Assembly: GCA_004322365.1 (NCBI GenBank)
Contig: SCTS01000005.1
Location: forward strand, 67,697 to 131,696
Source: Patescibacteria group bacterium
GTDB taxonomy: Bacteria; Patescibacteriota; Minisyncoccia; Phycocordibacterales; Phycocordibacteraceae
Reading direction: 5' to 3'
DNA: 64,000 nucleotides
Shown here: positions 46,354-55,054 of the stretch, one piece after another
Numbering within the stretch: the first letter of the stretch is position 1
How the letters are laid out: each line of letters opens with the position of its first letter
Position numbers and translations under genes: made by a program
The notes under the pieces: model-generated
What the model was told of the DNA's origin: nothing
What the model saw: the letters and a program-made list of their open reading frames with translations, nothing else
The model's database searches: none

Positions 46354-47178
46354 TCAGAGCCCAAGGCGGTAAATGTCGAAGGAGTTTTCACCTTCAAACA
46401 TGTCGGAAGGGTTTGGGAGATACATACGCTCCCGTAGTATTTCTGCGCTCGCATCGTTAATGAGGCGATGAAATACTTCAAAGTCTTCTGCACATTCTTT
46501 AAAGTCCAATACATACCGACGCATTTGAGATGAACCATCGACGTTCTTTCTTTTTTTACACTCATAGACAATGAAGCGTCGAACTGGCTTGCCAAAAAGA
46601 GCACCAACGGTGTAGTAATTAAACATTGCCTGCAACACAAACAAAGGTTTCGAAGCACCGCTTTTACTGAACGAATCAACAAATTTATGATCAACAATAT
46701 CAACCGCCCCTTTTTCAACTCGAGATTCCACCACCAAGTCAGAAATCGCTTTCACTGGGAGCGGTAGTCCTGGAACTTCTGCCATACCCATGACTTCAAT
46801 TCCTAAAACCTTATGTTTGGGAGGTCTCTCTAAGTAAAAAGATACTGCCTGCAGGTAGTCCTTCTCCATACTCTGTCGCTTCTCTTTCTGCGCTCGCTTG
46901 CTTTTAGCTTTCCCAAATTGCACTTCAAAGTCTGCAATGTTTCGTAGATACTCGAGCCCTAATGCAACAGACGCTTCTTTTGAAAGCCCACTATAAAAAT
47001 GCTGAAGCGCTACATGCCCAGAGCGTCCAATGATGCCGGCCGGTGTAGACGGTGTGTCTCTTACATTTTCAACATACCGCTTGTACCACGCCAAAGGATT
47101 TCGCAAAAACGAAATGAGAGACGAGTGGCTCCAGTGTTTAATTGGATATTTTGATTTCTTACTCGAAGCCTTTTTCAC
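46354..47178 (-). CDS. PD-(D/E)xK nuclease superfamily protein (RecB/phage exonuclease-like)
   Basis: WSHSSL..F..NP..WYKRY, GRSGHVAL and E..., SDLV...IVDHK; GTG start with TATAAT upstream. Confidence 0.8.
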   Translation of the reverse strand: MKKASSKKSKYPIKHWSHSSLISFLRNPLAWYKRYVENVRDTPSTPAGIIGRSGHVALQHFYSGLSKEASVALGLEYLRNIADFEVQFGKAKSKRAQKEKRQSMEKDYLQAVSFYLERPPKHKVLGIEVMGMAEVPGLPLPVKAISDLVVESRVEKGAVDIVDHKFVDSFSKSGASKPLFVLQAMFNYYTVGALFGKPVRRFIVYECKKRKNVDGSSQMRRYVLDFKECAEDFEVFHRLINDASAEILRERMYLPNPSDMFEGENSFDIYRLGL

Positions 47179-47216
47179 TCACTCATTATACCTGGAGTGC
47201 TTTTATCGGCATTTTT

Positions 47217-47432
47217 CTACCTCCCCATCAGACGGTCTCCGACACCCGCCACTAACATGAAAACGGTTGCTCCAGTAGCTAGAATAGTTACGATAAAAAG
47301 TGGGATGGTACACCCAACAGCGAACAACACCTTATTACGATACTTACCACTTACACGTTCCGAAGCGATGGTAGAGATTCCAGAAACAAGAGGCTGGCGA
47401 CCATCCGATCCTCCTTCAATAAGGCGAGACAT
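47217..47432 (-). CDS. small membrane hypothetical protein
   Basis: 71-aa ORF with a C-terminal hydrophobic segment. Confidence 0.4.
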   Translation of the reverse strand: MSRLIEGGSDGRQPLVSGISTIASERVSGKYRNKVLFAVGCTIPLFIVTILATGATVFMLVAGVGDRLMGR

Positions 47433-47481
47433 ACTATAAAATCAGTAGTAGATTCTAGAAAATATACTTGCTAGAGAATTA

Positions 47482-48768
47482 TCAATAGCTCCTTAATTTC
47501 TTTGCTTTACCGTGGGTGCGGATTTTTTCGAGGGCTTTTGCTTCAATCTGACGAATGCGTTCACGAGTAACTCCGAACTCCTGTCCTACTTCTTCAAGGG
47601 TGTGGTAAATGCCGTCTTCAAGACCATGGCGCATGGCGAGAATCTTTCTTTCTTTTGGTGTGAGATCACCTAAGATTTCATGGAGCTGTTCAACAAGAAT
47701 ACGATGTGCTGTTTCTTGGTCAGGTGTTGGCAGAGAATGGTCTGCCACGAAGTCACCGCGAGCTGATGCATCGTCATCATCTGATGAGCTGATAGGTGCT
47801 TCCAGAGAAAGTGTTTCTTGGTTGATTTGCTCAATCTGGTAGACCTTTTCAACATCCACACCCATTTCTGCAGAAATTTCTTCAGGCATTGGATCACGAC
47901 CCAAGTCTTGCTCGAGTCGTCGAACTATCTGCTTGTACTTAGCAATCGTTTCCACCATGTGCACAGGAATACGGATAGTGCGTGATTGATCAGCAAGAGC
48001 ACGAGTAATAGCTTGCCTAATCCACCATGTGGCATAGGTTGAAAACTTGAAGCCTTTTTCGTAATCAAATTTATCGACTGCTTTAAAGAGGCCTAAGTTC
48101 CCTTCTTGAATAAGGTCGAGAAGCGACAAGTCAGATGAGCGAGATGCGTACTTCTTCGCAATGGAAACCACGAGGCGGAGGTTTGCACGAGCAAGCAAGT
48201 TTTTTGCTTCCTCATCACCTTCGGTAATTCTTTTTGCAAGAGCTCGCTCTTCAGGGCCAGTGAGAAGTGGGTACTGACCAATTTCACGGAGGTACATTTG
48301 TATGGAGTCGTGTGCCGAGCCTTCTCCACGGTAGCCTCCACGCATCACGACTTCGTCAGGAACTTCTTCGAGCATTCCGCCTGACTCCAAGACATCAATG
48401 CCTGACGTTGAAAGACGCTCGTAGAGCTCTTCAAGAAAGAAAACATTCTCTTCAATAGTAGGAAATTCTTTTAAGATTTCGTTGTAGGTCACATACCCTC
48501 GCTCCTTACCTTTTGCAACAAGGCGTACTGCTTTTGTTTCCAAAAGTACTAAGCTCTTTTTTGAGACTGCTTTTGCAGGCTTTGGTGCCTTCACTTTCGC
48601 AACCTTCTTTGGAGCAGGCTTTGCCTTACGAGCAGCTACCTTCTTAGAGGACTTTGGCTTTTGTTTTGACTTTGAAGTGGATTTAGAAGCCTTACGTAAA
48701 GGCGCCTTCTTACGGGCGACTGGTTTTACTGACTTCTTTGCCTTCTTTATTGTTTTTTTCTTTGCCAT
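47482..48768 (-). CDS. rpoD: primary sigma-70 factor with Lys/Ala/Pro-rich N-terminal extension
   Basis: [34 protein letters not shown] and TRERIRQIE motifs. Confidence 0.96.
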   Translation of the reverse strand: MAKKKTIKKAKKSVKPVARKKAPLRKASKSTSKSKQKPKSSKKVAARKAKPAPKKVAKVKAPKPAKAVSKKSLVLLETKAVRLVAKGKERGYVTYNEILKEFPTIEENVFFLEELYERLSTSGIDVLESGGMLEEVPDEVVMRGGYRGEGSAHDSIQMYLREIGQYPLLTGPEERALAKRITEGDEEAKNLLARANLRLVVSIAKKYASRSSDLSLLDLIQEGNLGLFKAVDKFDYEKGFKFSTYATWWIRQAITRALADQSRTIRIPVHMVETIAKYKQIVRRLEQDLGRDPMPEEISAEMGVDVEKVYQIEQINQETLSLEAPISSSDDDDASARGDFVADHSLPTPDQETAHRILVEQLHEILGDLTPKERKILAMRHGLEDGIYHTLEEVGQEFGVTRERIRQIEAKALEKIRTHGKAKKLRSY

Positions 48769-48792
48769 ATCAAATATTAGTAGACTTTATCC

Positions 48793-50559
48793 TTAGTGGA
48801 GCTTCAACGCAAGCGCGTTTAACTCCTTCATAAGTGCTTCCGTTTGAACTCCGTCATGTGCTGTTTCAGCCACTCGAAGCAGTGCCACCACTTCACGATA
48901 CCGTTCATGTCGTGACTCCTTCAATAGTGCCTCGTACACTTCCTTGACTGCCTCCCTGCGGATAGCTTCATCGGCGTGACTTTCGAGAAAAAAGTCGGCC
49001 TCGAATAATGCCGCGCTGGTATCGAGAGACCGCCCCAGCAATTCTTCTGTACGCTCTTCGCCAAGAGCTCCCTTAAGGGCACCGAGGGCTGTATCAGCTG
49101 AAACTACATCTTTCTTTTCTTTAAAAAGAAGGAAGAGTCCGTAGACAAGACGCTCGAGTACATCACTCCGTGACAAGAATGGTTCTCTTGATGCGTTAGT
49201 GGGGAGCAGTCTGGAGTTAGTGGAAACGCTCTGGTCCTTTGGTGCGACCTGTACACCATCTACCTTCTTCAGCTCTGCAATCACCGCATCCTCTCCAACC
49301 TGCAATACTTCTGCAACCCTCTTTATAAAATGTGCCTGATCTATTTTATGTGGAATCATTGCAACATACGGCAGTACCGTGCGTGATACTTCTAGGCGAA
49401 ATGTGCGTGGGTCATACTTAGCATCTGCGATGTGTGCAAGATAAAAATCCACCACATGGAGTGCACTTTTTACTGCACCCCTAAACACATCCTTGTTTTC
49501 AAGCAGAATGTCAGCTGGGTCTCTCTCGGGAGGAAGTTTTACAATCTTCACGTTCATACCTGCTTGAAGTGCAATGCTTGCAGCACGACCTGCAGCTGAA
49601 ATGCCAGCCCTATCACCGTCATACGCTATAAGGAGGTTCTGAGTGTAACGCTTAATAATCTCCACATGAGGAAGTGTGAAAGCGGTACCCGAAGTCGCAA
49701 CCGTGTTATGGTAACCCGCCTGATGCGCCATAAGGAGATCTAACTGCCCTTCTACAAGAAGCGCTGCCCCTAGCTCCCGAATACCCTCACGAGCCTTATC
49801 AAGTCCATAGAGCACGCGTGATTTATCGAACACTGGAGTCTCCGGAGAGTTCAAATATTTTGCCTGAGGATGCTTTTCATCATCTTCAAAAATACGGCCA
49901 GAAAACCCAATGACTCTCCCTGAAATATCTTTAATCGGGAACATAATCCGACCACGGAAACGATCATAAAGCCTTGAGTCAGCAGTTTTTTCTGCTACCT
50001 GCACACTGCCTTCTGCATTTTCTTGCTTCTTAACAAGTCCCGCTCGTTCTAAAAGAACATCATCAAATTTCTTTCCAAGCAAAAAATCACGAAGCGCGTG
50101 CCATGCATTTGGCGCATACCCCAAAGACCAGTGAGATATAGTTTCTTCAGTCAAACCACGAGTCTTAAGATACGAAAGTGCTTCGGGTTTTTCTTTTAAT
50201 GTTTCAGAGAAAAAACTGCTCGCTGAGGCGAGGGCGGAATACAACTGCTCACGCAAATCTCGCTCTCCTGGTTTTTCATCTTCTAGTGGGATACCCGCTT
50301 TCTCTGCCAACATCTTTAATGAACCACGAAAATCAACGCCTTCCATTTCCTGTAAGAATGTAAACATGTCTCCCCCCTTACCAGATGAGAAACAATGATA
50401 GAGCCCGCGGTCAGGAGAAACAAAAAATGATGGGGTTCTTTCTTTGGTGAACGGCGACAGTCCTTTGTAGTACTTCCCCGCTCGCGTAAGCTTCACATAC
50501 TGCTGTACCACCTCAACAATGGTCAGCCTATCTTTTATTTTGTTTACGGTGTCGCTCAT
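48793..50559 (-). CDS. dnaG: DNA primase
   Basis: Variant zinc-finger region (SPFTKERTPSF...YHCF), DRFRGRIMFPI, KYLNSPET and TOPRIM VEG...YDGD. Confidence 0.97.
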   Translation of the reverse strand: MSDTVNKIKDRLTIVEVVQQYVKLTRAGKYYKGLSPFTKERTPSFFVSPDRGLYHCFSSGKGGDMFTFLQEMEGVDFRGSLKMLAEKAGIPLEDEKPGERDLREQLYSALASASSFFSETLKEKPEALSYLKTRGLTEETISHWSLGYAPNAWHALRDFLLGKKFDDVLLERAGLVKKQENAEGSVQVAEKTADSRLYDRFRGRIMFPIKDISGRVIGFSGRIFEDDEKHPQAKYLNSPETPVFDKSRVLYGLDKAREGIRELGAALLVEGQLDLLMAHQAGYHNTVATSGTAFTLPHVEIIKRYTQNLLIAYDGDRAGISAAGRAASIALQAGMNVKIVKLPPERDPADILLENKDVFRGAVKSALHVVDFYLAHIADAKYDPRTFRLEVSRTVLPYVAMIPHKIDQAHFIKRVAEVLQVGEDAVIAELKKVDGVQVAPKDQSVSTNSRLLPTNASREPFLSRSDVLERLVYGLFLLFKEKKDVVSADTALGALKGALGEERTEELLGRSLDTSAALFEADFFLESHADEAIRREAVKEVYEALLKESRHERYREVVALLRVAETAHDGVQTEALMKELNALALKLH

Positions 50560-50620
50560 GATGAATAGCTTACAGCTTTCAGGTGCCAGGTTTCAGCTTT
50601 TTTAATACCAACAGTTTTCA

Positions 50621-51241
50621 TTATGTGACAAGTTTTACAATATCTTCGAAATCTTGGAAACAGTAATCGGCTTCGGGTGAAGTATTCCACATGAGCGCCG
50701 TTAAAAGCCCGAGACTTTTTGCAGGCTTCAGCTCTTTTTCAACACTATCCCCAACAAACAGTATATTCTCTGCAGGAAGATTCGAAAGCTCAATCATGAG
50801 CTTGAATCCATCAAGTGCTGGCTTGGGATTTTTTACTTCTTTAGGCCCTAAAATATAAGTGAACCACGCACTCTCTATTCCAAGGGCTGGAAAAAACTTT
50901 TCTGCCATCACATTGGAGAATATAGAAATAGGCACAATCTCTCGGAGACGATTCAACACATCAGGAATGTTCGGATTTGCAAGCTTTAAGAGAGCGCTCG
51001 GGTCTGCCGAAGCATATCTCTCCGACCAGTAGCCGTCTGGAAGCCCAAGTGAAGCGAAGATTGCCGAGTGACTCTTATGTACTTTGAATAGCGATTCATA
51101 CTCCTCAACTAATTCCGGGGTGACCGCTTTTCCAACAATCTCCGCGTATGAACCATAACGCAATTTTTCATGCGCCTGTTTATCGAGACGAATAATAGTC
51201 TCACTAAAATCAAACCAAATATGTTTGATAGATTGCTTCAT
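50621..51241 (-). CDS. HAD-superfamily hydrolase (divergent motif I)
   Basis: WFDFSET, FSN, KP and FVGDS motifs. Confidence 0.8.
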   Translation of the reverse strand: MKQSIKHIWFDFSETIIRLDKQAHEKLRYGSYAEIVGKAVTPELVEEYESLFKVHKSHSAIFASLGLPDGYWSERYASADPSALLKLANPNIPDVLNRLREIVPISIFSNVMAEKFFPALGIESAWFTYILGPKEVKNPKPALDGFKLMIELSNLPAENILFVGDSVEKELKPAKSLGLLTALMWNTSPEADYCFQDFEDIVKLVT

Positions 51242-51244
51242 GAC

Positions 51245-51322
51245 TAGGTGTTAGGTGCTAGCTTCTAGGTGCTAGCTTTCAGATTTGAAAAGCTAGAACC
51301 TAGTCCCTAAAACCTATAAGCT
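51245..51322. repeat. heptamer-repeat inverted array (family H) just after the rpoC stop
   Basis: AGGTGTT AGGTGCT AGCTTCT AGGTGCT AGCTTTC-AGATTTG-AAAAGCT AGAACCT AGTCCCT AAAACCT ATAAGCT. Confidence 0.85.
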
Positions 51323-51326
51323 CTGT

Positions 51327-54300
51327 TTACGCTATATCTGAGATCCTCTCCCGTGCTTCGTCTCGTTCCATTTCAAGTTCCATTTCTTTTGCACGCTTCT
51401 CCTGGAATGCAGCAACACGTGCATGCTTCTTACTACCTACGAATCCTGTACCTGCAGGAATGAGTCGTCCAACAATGACGTTCTCTTTAAGTCCTGCGAG
51501 AAGGTCAACGGTACCCTTAAGTGATGCAGTAATGAGAGTTCGTGTTGTGTGCTGGAAGGATGCTGCTGAAAGGAAGCTTTTACGATTCAACGAGATTTCA
51601 GTAATACCCAATACTAAGCGATCGTATTTAAGAGGTTCCTTTCCTGCTTCTTCAAGTTCACGGTTGGTGCTGTGTGCTGTACGCATTTCGAGAGCCTCAC
51701 CCTTAACAAACGAGCTGTCTCCTGGATCAGTAACTCGAACTCGTGAGAACATTTGGCGGATGATGACTTCCATGTGCTTGTGAGAAACTGGAGCACCCTG
51801 AAGATCGTAAATCTTAGCCACCTCGTCAATCATGTAGTCTTGGAGTCTCTGCGCACCTGCGAGCTTAAAGAGCTCATCAAGGTCCATAGAACCGTCAGTA
51901 AGCGCATCACCCTTTCCAACATGCATACCTTCTCTCACTACAGAAACGCGTCTTGCAGGAACTTCATATTCAATCTTGTCTTTTTTGTCTGATGTTTGAT
52001 CAGGAAGAAGTACGATTGTTTTGACACCCATGTCATCACGAACTTCTATGATGTCTCCTGCAACTTCAGCGAGAATAGCTGCAGCCTTTGGCGGTCGTTT
52101 ATCGAACAACTCTTCAATACGTGGGAGTCCGTTCGTAATGTCGCCACCGATAGTTGCAACACCTCCAGTGTGGAAAGTACGCATAGTAAGCTGTGTACCT
52201 GGTTCACCGATAGCTTGCGCTGCAATTGTTCCAACGGCTTCGCCGATATCAATGATTTCACGAGTTGCGAGGTCGGAACCGTAACACTTCTGACAGATAC
52301 CTTTCTCTGAAGCACATGACATTGGAGAACGCACAGTTGCTTCTTCAACACCGAGAGCTGCAATTTCTATTGCGTCTTCTTTCAAAATAAAGGCACCTCG
52401 TTTCCATACTTTGTCTCCTACTGCAATTTCTTTTGCAAGCACTCGTCCAACAATAAGTTTTCCGAGGTCAGCCTCCATACCAGTAGAGCGCATACGGTTG
52501 ATAACAAGACCGAGCTTGGTACCACAGTCAGCTTCAGAAACCATGATGTCTTGGGCAACATCGAACAGTCTTCGAGTAAGGTATCCGGCGTGCGCGGTTT
52601 TGAGTGCGGTGTCAGTCAAACCTTTTCGAGAACCGTGTGTAGTTGTGAAGTATTCAGTTGGTGTAAGACCTTCTTTCATTGAAGAGACCACAGGGAATTC
52701 AATGACACCTCCTGCAGTGTTGGTCACGAGTCCTTTCATACCAGCCATCTGAGAGAGCTGTCTGACGGAGCCTCGGGCACCTGACACCACCATGGTGTAT
52801 ACAGACGAAAGAGTGTTGAGCGATGGAAGAATTTCTTTTTCAATGTCTCCAATCGCCTTCTGCCATATTTCAATGGTCAAACGCAATTTTTCTTCTGCAG
52901 TAAGCAAACCATTTTCATACTGCACAGTCATTTCTTGAACTTCCTTGCGAGCTGCATCAACAATTACCTTCTTTCCTTTTGGAACAGCGAGGTCATCGAA
53001 GCTAAACGAAACACCTGACTTCGTTGCAAATTGGAAACCAAAGTGTTTAATTTTGTCGAGAATAGCCGGCGTCTTTTCAAGACCGTAGATAAAGATAATG
53101 TCATCAACCAACTTACTGAGCTGAGTCTTCTTTATTTCAGAATTAATGAAGAGATAATCTTTTGGAAGAATTGAATTGAAGAGAAGTCGGCCTACCGTTG
53201 TTTCAAAACGCTCTCCTTTAAATGCGGCGTACTTAGGGTTGTCTTTTGTTGGCTCAACAGAAATTTTTGCATGTATACCAACATCACCGAAGTCGTACGC
53301 AAGAATAGCAGCGTTTGGACTCTGGAAGTACTTGCCATCGCCCTTTTCATTTGGAATATCTCTGGTCATCCAGTAAATACCAAGTGCAATGTCGAGTGGC
53401 TTCTCAAAGATAACCGGCTGTCCTGATCCCGGCTTCAATACGTTCTTAGCTGCAGACATGATGGTCTCAGCTTCCATTTGTGCTTCAGCTGAAAGTGGCA
53501 CGTGGACGGCCATTTGGTCACCGTCGAAGTCAGCATTGAATGCAGGACAAACTAATGGATGAAGTTGGATAGCGTTACCTTCAATGAGTCGTGGGCGGAA
53601 TGCCTGAATACCTTGGCGGTGAAGTGTAGGAGCACGGTTCAAAAGAACATGCTTGCCTTGAATCACCTCTTCAAGAATTGCCCACACTTCAGGAATACCT
53701 TCTTCAATGAGTCTACCTGCACCACGAATGTTGTGCGCAAGTTCACGTTCCAAGAGTTTTGCAATAATGAATGGACGGAACAATTCCAATGCCATCTTCT
53801 TTGGAAGACCACACTCGTCGAGTTTCAATTCTGGTCCGACAACAATAACTGAACGGCCTGAGTAGTCGACACGCTTACCAAGAAGGTTGAAGCGGAAGTA
53901 TCCCTGTTTTGATTTCAAATAGTCAGCGAGAGATTTCAATGGACGACGCTGTGACTGACTTGCAGCTGAAAATGCTGCACCACCACGGCGAATTGAGTTG
54001 TCGAGAAGTGCGTCAACAGCTTCCTGAAGAATTCTTTTTTCGTTACGAAGAATAACTTCTGGTGCGAAGATATCGCGAAGTTTTACAAGGCGGTTATTGC
54101 GGTTGATGACACGGCGATACAAGTCGTTCACATCAGATGTCGCATGACGACCTGATTCAAGAGCAACCATTGGGCGAAGTGCTGGAGGTGTAACTGGAAT
54201 GCGCGTAAGGAACATCCACTCAGGGCGAACGCCTGCTTTAATCATTGAACGAATGAGTGAGAGTCTCTTGCCCAATTTTTCTCGTTCAGCTGCACCTGCT

Positions 54301-55034
54301 TTTAGAAGCTGTGTTTCAAGCTCTTTGACGAGCTTGTCCATATCGAGCGACTTGAAAATCTTGTAGATAGCTTCAGCGCCAATGCCAGCCTCGAAGAATG
54401 TACCGTATTTCACCGAGAAGCGATGGTATTCAATTTCATCCAAGACGACACCTGGCTGAATGCGGTCAATGTCCGCCTTCGCTGCGCTCATAAGCGCTTT
54501 CAATTCTGTTTGTGCTTTATCGTTAGTGACTGCTTTGAATTTTGTTTTGAATTCGCTTTCGAGTTCACGAAGAAGACGATCACGCTCTTCAGTATTTACC
54601 TTCGTAACAATGTAGCCAGCAAAGTAGACAACCTTCTCTGCGTCAGTTGCTGATACGCCAAGAATAAGTGCAATTCTTGAAGGAACTGACCGCAAGAACC
54701 AGATGTGCGCAACAGGACTTGCGAGCTCAATGTGGCCCATGCGCTCACGACGAACAATTGCGCGAGTTACTTCAACGCTACATTTTTCACAGACAATCCC
54801 ACGGAAGCGAGGACCTTTGTACTTACCGCAGTAACACTCGAAGTCACGCTCAGGACCGAAAATGCGTTCATCGAAAAGACCATCCTTTTCAGATCGTTGT
54901 GTACGGTAGTTAATTGTTTCAGGTTTTCTGATCTCTCCCCATGACCAATCCAAAATGCGCTCAGGACTTGCGACCTTAAGACCAACCCAATCGAAATTGG
55001 ATGTATCAATGACTTTTCCTCTTTTTTGATCCAT
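51327..55034 (-). CDS. rpoC: RNA polymerase beta' subunit
   Basis: NADFDGD catalytic motif, N-terminal Zn finger, LLGKRVDYSGRSVI and GEPGTQLTMRTFH. Confidence 0.99.
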   Translation of the reverse strand: MDQKRGKVIDTSNFDWVGLKVASPERILDWSWGEIRKPETINYRTQRSEKDGLFDERIFGPERDFECYCGKYKGPRFRGIVCEKCSVEVTRAIVRRERMGHIELASPVAHIWFLRSVPSRIALILGVSATDAEKVVYFAGYIVTKVNTEERDRLLRELESEFKTKFKAVTNDKAQTELKALMSAAKADIDRIQPGVVLDEIEYHRFSVKYGTFFEAGIGAEAIYKIFKSLDMDKLVKELETQLLKAGAAEREKLGKRLSLIRSMIKAGVRPEWMFLTRIPVTPPALRPMVALESGRHATSDVNDLYRRVINRNNRLVKLRDIFAPEVILRNEKRILQEAVDALLDNSIRRGGAAFSAASQSQRRPLKSLADYLKSKQGYFRFNLLGKRVDYSGRSVIVVGPELKLDECGLPKKMALELFRPFIIAKLLERELAHNIRGAGRLIEEGIPEVWAILEEVIQGKHVLLNRAPTLHRQGIQAFRPRLIEGNAIQLHPLVCPAFNADFDGDQMAVHVPLSAEAQMEAETIMSAAKNVLKPGSGQPVIFEKPLDIALGIYWMTRDIPNEKGDGKYFQSPNAAILAYDFGDVGIHAKISVEPTKDNPKYAAFKGERFETTVGRLLFNSILPKDYLFINSEIKKTQLSKLVDDIIFIYGLEKTPAILDKIKHFGFQFATKSGVSFSFDDLAVPKGKKVIVDAARKEVQEMTVQYENGLLTAEEKLRLTIEIWQKAIGDIEKEILPSLNTLSSVYTMVVSGARGSVRQLSQMAGMKGLVTNTAGGVIEFPVVSSMKEGLTPTEYFTTTHGSRKGLTDTALKTAHAGYLTRRLFDVAQDIMVSEADCGTKLGLVINRMRSTGMEADLGKLIVGRVLAKEIAVGDKVWKRGAFILKEDAIEIAALGVEEATVRSPMSCASEKGICQKCYGSDLATREIIDIGEAVGTIAAQAIGEPGTQLTMRTFHTGGVATIGGDITNGLPRIEELFDKRPPKAAAILAEVAGDIIEVRDDMGVKTIVLLPDQTSDKKDKIEYEVPARRVSVVREGMHVGKGDALTDGSMDLDELFKLAGAQRLQDYMIDEVAKIYDLQGAPVSHKHMEVIIRQMFSRVRVTDPGDSSFVKGEALEMRTAHSTNRELEEAGKEPLKYDRLVLGITEISLNRKSFLSAASFQHTTRTLITASLKGTVDLLAGLKENVIVGRLIPAGTGFVGSKKHARVAAFQEKRAKEMELEMERDEARERISDIA

Positions 55035-55054
55035 ATATTTTTTGGGGTTAAGGC

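Noticed and set aside
37975-51322. Repeat arrays plus a Cas4-like nuclease considered as a CRISPR system
   Set aside because: Units are 7 nt and degenerate with no unique spacers; no cas1, cas2 or effector genes.
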